Shown here in pieces: positions 1-5,233 of a stretch of DNA of 39,611 bases. This DNA comes from Candidatus Beckwithbacteria bacterium GW2011_GWC1_49_16 (GTDB lineage Bacteria; Patescibacteriota; Microgenomatia; UBA1400; CG1-02-47-37). Position numbers and translations under genes: made by a program. Location of the stretch: contig CP011210.1 in the NCBI GenBank assembly GCA_001029675.1, forward strand, positions 907,280 to 946,890, written 5' to 3'. The notes beneath the pieces were generated by a model. It was not told the origin of the DNA. It made no database searches and worked only from the letters and a program-made list of their open reading frames with translations. Position 1 is the first letter of the stretch, and the number at the start of each line of letters is the position of its first letter.

Positions 1-216
1 CCTTTTGGGGTCGGTGACATAAAATTCCTGATAGGCTCCATGCCTGTAGCTCTTTTGTTTTAATTGGCTGTACAAATTAAAAAGATTGTCTTCCAAATGC
101 CTTTCAAATCTTTGCACATCCCTTTTGCTTCTTTTTTCTTTTTTAAATTCATCCCAGGCTTGAAAGAGCGATTTAACTGTTATAAGATCGGCAAACCTTA
201 AATTTTCTTGCTTCAT
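1..216 (-). CDS. Reverse transcriptase, N-terminal 72 codons (DGR-type); continues beyond the left window edge
   Basis: Not in the ORF track. My hand translation of the reverse complement of 216..1 gives MKQENLRFADLITVKSLFQAWDEFKKEKRSKRDVQRFERHLEDNLFNLYSQLKQKSYRHGAYQEFYVTDPKR. It is open to the window edge. The pattern resembles the N-terminus and RT motif 1 lead-in of DGR/group-II-like RTs (basic K/R patch after ..A...F.., then Y+..aY..F.v.dPKR). Confidence 0.75.
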   Translation of the reverse strand, partial: MKQENLRFADLITVKSLFQAWDEFKKEKRSKRDVQRFERHLEDNLFNLYSQLKQKSYRHGAYQEFYVTDPKR

Positions 217-218
217 AA

Positions 219-596
219 ATGAAAGATTATTCACACGCTCACACGCACACGCCTATAGCCGTAAATGAAATCCCAATTTTCATCAAGCTTTACGACTTTT
301 ATAAAAATCTAACTTTAGCGATTGTTTCCTTTCCTAAAACAAAGCGGTATTCACTTGGCCAGAAACTAGACAATATAACTTTAAAAATTTTTGAATTGTT
401 ATTTTTTGTACCCATAAGTCAAGAAAAAATCAAAACCCTTCTGCAAATCAGCGTCAAGATTGATCTGGTGAAAGTCCTCTTAAGGCTGGCCAAAGATAGC
501 CAAGCAATAACAACCAGTAAATATTTATCGCTTGAGTCAACACTCCAAGAAATCGGCCGGATGCTTGGCGGCTGGATAAAAGCCAGCAAGCAATAA
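219..596 (+). CDS. avd: Avd-like accessory variability determinant (four-helix-bundle / 23S rRNA IVS protein family)
   Basis: 125-aa ORF with FPKTKRYSLGQKL near the N-terminus and a C-terminal EIGRMLGGWIKASKQ. This matches the ..FPK..RY.LG.. and ..EvGRiLGsWI.. signatures of Bordetella-phage Avd-type four-helix-bundle proteins. It lies directly next to the TR. Confidence 0.8.
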   Translation: MKDYSHAHTHTPIAVNEIPIFIKLYDFYKNLTLAIVSFPKTKRYSLGQKLDNITLKIFELLFFVPISQEKIKTLLQISVKIDLVKVLLRLAKDSQAITTSKYLSLESTLQEIGRMLGGWIKASKQ

Positions 597-602
597 GACT
601 AG

Positions 603-720
603 ACACTACCGCGGGAACCGCCCCAACGTTCGGATTACCATTGTCGGCATTCCAGTCGTTGACGTTGAACGGCTTGGCCGGCTCATTACGACCAACGCTC
701 GCGGCGTTGACGCCCGAAAT
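603..720 (-). repeat. DGR template repeat (TR), read on the minus strand
   Basis: 118 nt, 98/118 identical to 1035-1152 (offset 432). This copy carries T on the + strand (A on the - strand) at 19 of the 20 mismatch positions and is non-coding. Read in the VR frame it encodes SISGVNAASVGRNEPAKPFNVNDWNADNGNPNVGAVPAVV, which is rich in AAY (Asn) codons. Confidence 0.85.
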
Positions 721-1020
721 TGAATATCTTTCCGTTAACCAGTCTCACCGGGGATTTTGTCTTTTCATCCAACAATTTCCCTTGTATTTTATTCGCTCTT
801 AAAAAAAGGGCAAAAGAAAGATAAACGTAGTGTCTAGTTGGCTTTTCTTAAGTACGCTCACATTCAGGTTGGCTGAAAGCGACTCTGACTGGTTAAAACC
901 CTAGAAATAGACGCCCCGCAGGCATTGCCCGCGAGATCACTGCCCATCGAAAATTATTTTACAAAAATTTTTCGGAAAAACCAATGGTTAAAGACCAAAA
1001 AGAACCAAGAGGCCAAACGC

Positions 1021-1749
1021 CTATTTCCTAACAAACACTACCGCGGGAACCGCCCCAACGCCCGGACCACCAAAGTCGGCCGGCCAGCCGCGGACGCTGA
1101 ACGGCCCGGCCGGCCCACTACGACCAACGCCCGCGGCGCCGACGCCCGAAATCGTATCAATACCTCGAGCAAAAAAGTTTGGCAACAGAGGCTTGCCGGT
1201 CATTTCCTTATAAGCATAATCCGCTTGGGCGTAAGTGGTTACTGGCAACATAATCAGGCGGGCATCAGGAAATTCCTGCTGTAGTTTTTGTGATTCAGTT
1301 TCAATCATTTCCAGTTGCCTTTGGCGAGGTTTATTAAAGCCTTCTGGGAGCGCTGGATGAGTAGGGTTTAGGCCGATTTGGGCGGCAACTGGCGGGACAA
1401 AATCCTGGAGCGCCGGGCGGGCATTAGCATAATCTAATTCTCCGTCTAAAAAGTAATTTGGGTCAGCGGCAACATCCTGGGCATAAGATTTTCTCTCCAT
1501 GGGAAAAAACACAAACCCACGTTTTTCCATAGCAGTTTTTTCCTGCTTTGTCGGCTGTCTTAGATGGGACAAGGTTTCGTAGGCTTGCTGTAATAAATCA
1601 GTTTTAGGAAGCTCTTTTTTTGCCTGACTCTGATCGGGAAAAGCAATGTCTTTCCCCCGAACTTTTCTCACGCCAGCGACTACATCGGCTAAGGCTTGAT
1701 CAGTTGGGCTGCCGCGCCGTAACTCTGTTTCAAGATATTGCATTACCAT
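1021..1749 (-). CDS. DGR target protein (variable protein); VR encodes the last ~40 residues
   Basis: 242-aa ORF. The C-terminus ...TISGVGAAGVGRSGPAGPFSVRGWPADFGGPGVGAVPAVVFVRK is encoded by the VR. I recognise no family for the N-terminal ~200 aa and see no obvious signal peptide or TM helix. The start could be ATG 1749 or ATG 1743 (MVM...). Confidence 0.8.
   Translation of the reverse strand: MVMQYLETELRRGSPTDQALADVVAGVRKVRGKDIAFPDQSQAKKELPKTDLLQQAYETLSHLRQPTKQEKTAMEKRGFVFFPMERKSYAQDVAADPNYFLDGELDYANARPALQDFVPPVAAQIGLNPTHPALPEGFNKPRQRQLEMIETESQKLQQEFPDARLIMLPVTTYAQADYAYKEMTGKPLLPNFFARGIDTISGVGAAGVGRSGPAGPFSVRGWPADFGGPGVGAVPAVVFVRK
1035..1152 (-). repeat. DGR variable repeat (VR), in frame at the 3' end of the target gene
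   Basis: Counterpart of TR 603-720. It ends 12 nt before the stop codon at 1021-1023. The 26 nt at its minus-strand 3' end (1035-1060) are GC-rich and identical to the TR, as expected for an IMH-like segment. Confidence 0.85.
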
Positions 1750-1758
1750 AATTAGCGT

Positions 1759-1787
1759 ATTCTATATAACTATGGGTTATCTGTCAA
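1759..1787 (-). promoter_or_regulatory. Putative sigma70-type promoter of the DGR target gene (TTGACA, 17 nt, TAGAAT)
   Basis: On the minus strand, TTGACA is at 1787-1782 and TAGAAT at 1764-1759. The predicted transcription start is only a few nt from ATG 1749/1743, implying a near-leaderless mRNA. No Shine-Dalgarno sequence is visible. Confidence 0.4.
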
Positions 1788-1844
1788 GTTCCCCTTTTGC
1801 CATATCCTATAATTATATCATGTTTCGTGGTAAAATACGCCGCT

Positions 1845-2468
1845 ATGTTGCCTACAGAGTCTCAATTAAGCCAAGTGCCTGCTGAACGCGGGAGTAGGGC
1901 CTGGAGCTGGGAAAACTTTAGCAGTCTCGACGGAAATTTCGGCCAACACGTAACCGAAAATCCCTTAATTGTGGTTCATCCGGGATATTGCGTTTCCTAC
2001 AATGCGGCCGAAATTGAAAATACCGTGGCTAATCCTAGGGGTATTCCTTACTGGGTTGACCGGGTTGACCGGACTATATTAAGTCAAAAGAAAACTTACA
2101 AGGACTACATGAGCAACCTTAGGCAAAAAATTCAGACAACCTTACAGGAAGATCGAACGCTGATAATACTGGCTGAAAGAGACTACCTGGACGAAACGCT
2201 GAAAATTATTGGTTTTTCTGAAGAGTTACCGAAAGGTATAGTAGTGGTGCCGACCAAGACCGGGGGCCCTGCAGTTGACCCTGAAATTCTAGACAACCAG
2301 GCTGGGCAAAATTTTTATAATAACTTAGCTAATAGCATCACTCGGGCGGAAATTTGTGGCGAGTCCGGCCTTGCCTGCGTGGTGGTGGCTGAGAAATGGC
2401 TAAAAAATCTGGGTGTTGAAGTAAGCAGGATCAGAAGCTGTACTGAACCAGATTATCAATCTGAATAA
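1845..2468 (+). CDS. Hypothetical protein
   Basis: The ORF track gives 1797..2468, which opens with TTG. The first in-frame ATG is at 1845 (MLPTESQ...), downstream of a TATAAT at 1808-1813. I recognise no family. Confidence 0.55.
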   Translation: MLPTESQLSQVPAERGSRAWSWENFSSLDGNFGQHVTENPLIVVHPGYCVSYNAAEIENTVANPRGIPYWVDRVDRTILSQKKTYKDYMSNLRQKIQTTLQEDRTLIILAERDYLDETLKIIGFSEELPKGIVVVPTKTGGPAVDPEILDNQAGQNFYNNLANSITRAEICGESGLACVVVAEKWLKNLGVEVSRIRSCTEPDYQSE

Positions 2469-2477
2469 TAAACCGCT

Positions 2478-3536
2478 ATGGGTGGAAGAGGGAAAGAAAT
2501 CTATATGGTCAAAAATGAGGCTCCCGCCTTGGAGATTTTTGAGCGCTATGACCGGGTTTTTCAGCCGATTTACGGCAGTGACGCCAAGTTTGACAGTCAG
2601 GGGGGAATTTATATCCCCCGTTGGCGCTCGGTACCACCAGGAAGGGCTGATCCCAGTAAATACAAAATCATCAGCCCAAAAAGCGTTCTCTCTGACGAGG
2701 CGCGGATGTGGAAGGGTTTGGAAACGATGAAACCTGTTTGCCTGGAGATTGTCCAGATAACCGAAGACAGCGGTAGCGTGGAGGCGGCGATAAGATATAC
2801 AGACCACATTCTCACAGGAACAAGAGGCAAAGAGCGCGAACAGGCTGAGGCGGTGAGAGCCAGAACCCAGTTTCTGATCGACTATTTTCAGGAATGGGAG
2901 CCGGGGAGAATATCGGAAAGCGACCGGAAGGGCCTGCAAGAAGAAACCGTCAGGCAGCTTTTGGCTGTCGGGCTAGACTCGGAAACCGTTACTCTGGAAG
3001 AAAAACAGAAAATGGGCCAATGGCTGATTAAAGCCAGTAAAGCAGAAGACTCGACCGGAAGAATTAACCAATTGATCACCATGCAACTTCTGTTTGCGGT
3101 CCAGCGCCGGGTGTTGGAACGAGAAATAGCGGTGGGCGGTTTTACCGTACCGAAATATCTTCAGATAAGCGAAGCCTTAGTTTTTGCCAGGTCGTTTGAC
3201 CGGAAAATGATGACCGAAGCGGAACGGGCCTTAATGAATTTGCTGTCTACGGTTCATTTTCGCAGGCCGGAAACGCAAACAGAGGAAAATTTTGGAGTAA
3301 CTCGCGGAAAAATGAGGTCAGTAGCTTGGATGTTTAGCCAGATCAAACTGAGTCCTTACCGGCCGGCGGCAAAAGTAATAGGCGAACGGCTTAATCAGTT
3401 AGTTGGTCTAATGGAACAAAGGAATATAGAGGGGGCCTATGAAATTGGTTTGGTTGATTGGGTAGAGTCCGATAGAGCAGCCATGGAGCAGATTTTGACC
3501 GACCCGAGGTACAAAGAGGTGTTTTATAAGGGGTGA
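2478..3536 (+). CDS. Hypothetical protein
   Basis: 352-aa ORF. An alternative start at ATG 2505 (MVKNEAP...) is preceded by purine-rich GGAAGAGGGAAAG. I recognise no family. Confidence 0.6.
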   Translation: MGGRGKEIYMVKNEAPALEIFERYDRVFQPIYGSDAKFDSQGGIYIPRWRSVPPGRADPSKYKIISPKSVLSDEARMWKGLETMKPVCLEIVQITEDSGSVEAAIRYTDHILTGTRGKEREQAEAVRARTQFLIDYFQEWEPGRISESDRKGLQEETVRQLLAVGLDSETVTLEEKQKMGQWLIKASKAEDSTGRINQLITMQLLFAVQRRVLEREIAVGGFTVPKYLQISEALVFARSFDRKMMTEAERALMNLLSTVHFRRPETQTEENFGVTRGKMRSVAWMFSQIKLSPYRPAAKVIGERLNQLVGLMEQRNIEGAYEIGLVDWVESDRAAMEQILTDPRYKEVFYKG

Positions 3537-3539
3537 GCC

Positions 3540-4217
3540 CTACTCTCCTCTGTTTTCGATAGAAACCCTGACATTTTGTCTATAAACATCAAACCGTTCG
3601 AATAAAGGCTTTGTATCTTCAATCACACCAAAGATATCCATAACCCGATTTACCTCAAAATCATTGACTAAACGCTCTTGGGCCATGTGGATAAGCTTTT
3701 TACGGTTTCTGGTTTCTGGGTCATAGGCTAGGCTATCGACAACTAAAAACGCAGTAAATAAAGAATAGCTTTCGGGAACATCAGAAATCGACGCTTGATC
3801 AAGACCAGTAACGTCTGTAGACAAGAAAGAAACCAAGGCATTGGTTAAAGGCTTGGATTTTTCCTGATCGTCCATGAAAGCGTTTAAGGTATCGCTCATT
3901 CTTTTATCTTGAAGAATAGTAAGCCCGTTACCCCTTAACCAGCGGTAATAATATTCGATTTGTTCATCTTTATGCTTAGGTAGAGTGGTAAGCCATACGG
4001 CCCGATTAAGCACCGCTTCTTTGTTGAGATTATTAATTTCTTGATCTAAAAACTCACTATTAATCATCCAGGTTTCTCCCACCTTTGGGTTATAGGGTTT
4101 TTCCTGGTGGGCAGCGATTCTGGAAACGACTAAAGACCGGGCAAGGGGGCGCATCTCAACGGGAATGTCTTGTAGAAAGTTGGCGTAAATTCGTTCTGCG
4201 GCCGATTGCTCCGGCAT
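3540..4217 (-). CDS. Hypothetical protein translationally coupled to rpsG, in the position normally held by fusA
   Basis: The track ORF 3540..4295 overlaps rpsG by 77 nt. The internal ATG at 4217 (MPEQSAAERIY...) lies 1 nt after the rpsG stop (TAA-T-ATG). I recognise no family. Confidence 0.6.
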   Translation of the reverse strand: MPEQSAAERIYANFLQDIPVEMRPLARSLVVSRIAAHQEKPYNPKVGETWMINSEFLDQEINNLNKEAVLNRAVWLTTLPKHKDEQIEYYYRWLRGNGLTILQDKRMSDTLNAFMDDQEKSKPLTNALVSFLSTDVTGLDQASISDVPESYSLFTAFLVVDSLAYDPETRNRKKLIHMAQERLVNDFEVNRVMDIFGVIEDTKPLFERFDVYRQNVRVSIENRGE

Positions 4218-4218
4218 A

Positions 4219-4698
4219 TTACCAGCGGAAGTGGGCAAAGGCTTTATTGGCTTCGGCCATCTTGTGGGTTTGGTTTTTGCGGTCCATGGCCCCACCCTGA
4301 CCGACGGCGGCGTCTAAGATTTCGGCGGACAGCTTGTCGGCAAAGCGGTGGAACTGGCTGTTGGGGCGGGAACGGGCGGCGGTAACCAGCCAGCGGATAG
4401 ACAGGGCCTCGCGGCGTTCGCCTCTGACCGGCATGGGCACTTGGTAGGCGGCGCCACCGACCCTTCGGGAACGGACCTCCATGGCAGGTTGGATGTTGCC
4501 TAAAGCCTGGTTTAAAACGTCTAGGGGGTCTTTTTGGGATTTTTCCTTGAGGATTTCTAAGGTGAGGTAGATTTGCTTTTGGGCGGCCGATTTTTTGCCG
4601 TGGCGCAGAATTTTGTTGATCAGTTTGGAAACCAGGCGACTGTTGTACCTGGGGTCGGGGGCAACTTGGCGTTTTTTAACCTGTTTTGATCGAGGCAT
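4219..4698 (-). CDS. rpsG: 30S ribosomal protein S7
   Basis: MPRSKQVKKRQVAPDPRYNS...AYQVPMPVRGERREALSIRWL...ANKAFAHFRW is canonical S7. Confidence 0.97.
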   Translation of the reverse strand: MPRSKQVKKRQVAPDPRYNSRLVSKLINKILRHGKKSAAQKQIYLTLEILKEKSQKDPLDVLNQALGNIQPAMEVRSRRVGGAAYQVPMPVRGERREALSIRWLVTAARSRPNSQFHRFADKLSAEILDAAVGQGGAMDRKNQTHKMAEANKAFAHFRW

Positions 4699-4701
4699 AG
4701 T

Positions 4702-5226
4702 TTACCCCTCGGCTGCGCTCGGGGCGGGTACGGCGGCTGGCGCTGGTTTTTCGGCTGGGGCTTCTGGGGTTTCGGCTGGCTTGTTGCCGGCGGTGGCGGC
4801 GGCGGTTGAAGTGGTGGCGCCGGATTTTTTGGTGCCGTAGCGGGAGCGGGCGGATTTTCTGTTTTCGACGCCAGCGGTGTCGTATTTACCCCTGATAATG
4901 TGGTATTTGACGCCGGGCAGGTCGCGGACGCGGCCGCCGCGGATTAAGACGATGGAGTGCTCGGCTAAATTGTGGCCTTCGCCGGGGATGTAGGCGGTGA
5001 CTTCTTGGCGGTTGGATAATCTGACGCGGGCGACTTTTCTTAGGGCGGAATTGGGTTTTTTGGGAGTCATGGTTTTGACCACGACGCAGACTCCCCGCTT
5101 TTGGGGGTTAGTGGTGTCGGTCATGCGGCGCTTTTTGGCGTTGAAAGTTCTTCTTAACGCCGTCGACTTGACCTTTTTGGGTTTTGATTTGCGGCCTTTT
5201 TTGACCAGCTGATTGATAGTCGGCAT
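4702..5226 (-). CDS. rpsL: 30S ribosomal protein S12 with a ~40-aa Ala/Pro-rich C-terminal extension
   Basis: [13 protein letters not shown]...[18 protein letters not shown]...[32 protein letters not shown] is canonical S12. An extra tail follows: [39 protein letters not shown]. Confidence 0.95.
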   Translation of the reverse strand: MPTINQLVKKGRKSKPKKVKSTALRRTFNAKKRRMTDTTNPQKRGVCVVVKTMTPKKPNSALRKVARVRLSNRQEVTAYIPGEGHNLAEHSIVLIRGGRVRDLPGVKYHIIRGKYDTAGVENRKSARSRYGTKKSGATTSTAAATAGNKPAETPEAPAEKPAPAAVPAPSAAEG

Positions 5227-5233
5227 AAGTTTA

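Larger units (their letters stand above)
1..1749 (-). mobile_element. Diversity-generating retroelement (DGR) cassette: target gene with VR, TR, inverted avd, and RT that is 5'-partial in this window
   Basis: TR/VR pair with adenine-specific, codon-phased mismatches, plus an Avd-like ORF and an RT N-terminus (see component features). The RT body lies outside the window. Confidence 0.85.

Noticed and set aside
917-933. GC-rich hairpin (CGCAGGC-ATT-GCCCGCG on the + strand) as a candidate for the cruciform that follows the VR in the Bordetella phage DGR
   Set aside because: It lies about 90 nt beyond the target stop rather than adjacent to the IMH-like end, and its 7-bp stem needs a G-T mismatch. 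Not convincing without comparative data.
603-1152. The 118-bp repeat pair read as an ordinary segmental duplication or IS terminal repeats
   Set aside because: Random divergence would hit all four bases. Here 19 of 20 differences are confined to T (+) / A (-) of one copy and are phased with codons of the other copy. No transposase is present, and the repeats are direct rather than inverted.
925-1284. 119-aa plus-strand ORF covering the VR region
   Set aside because: It is antisense to the DGR target gene. It opens with a non-ATG start (TTG at 925), and its Arg/Pro/Ala-rich translation is what a GC-rich repeat produces in the wrong frame. The TR/VR codon phasing fits the minus-strand ORF only.
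4218-4295. N-terminal 26 codons of track ORF 3540..4295
   Set aside because: This stretch overlaps the 3' end of rpsG in another frame. An ATG at 4217, immediately after the rpsG stop, gives a cleaner coupled start.
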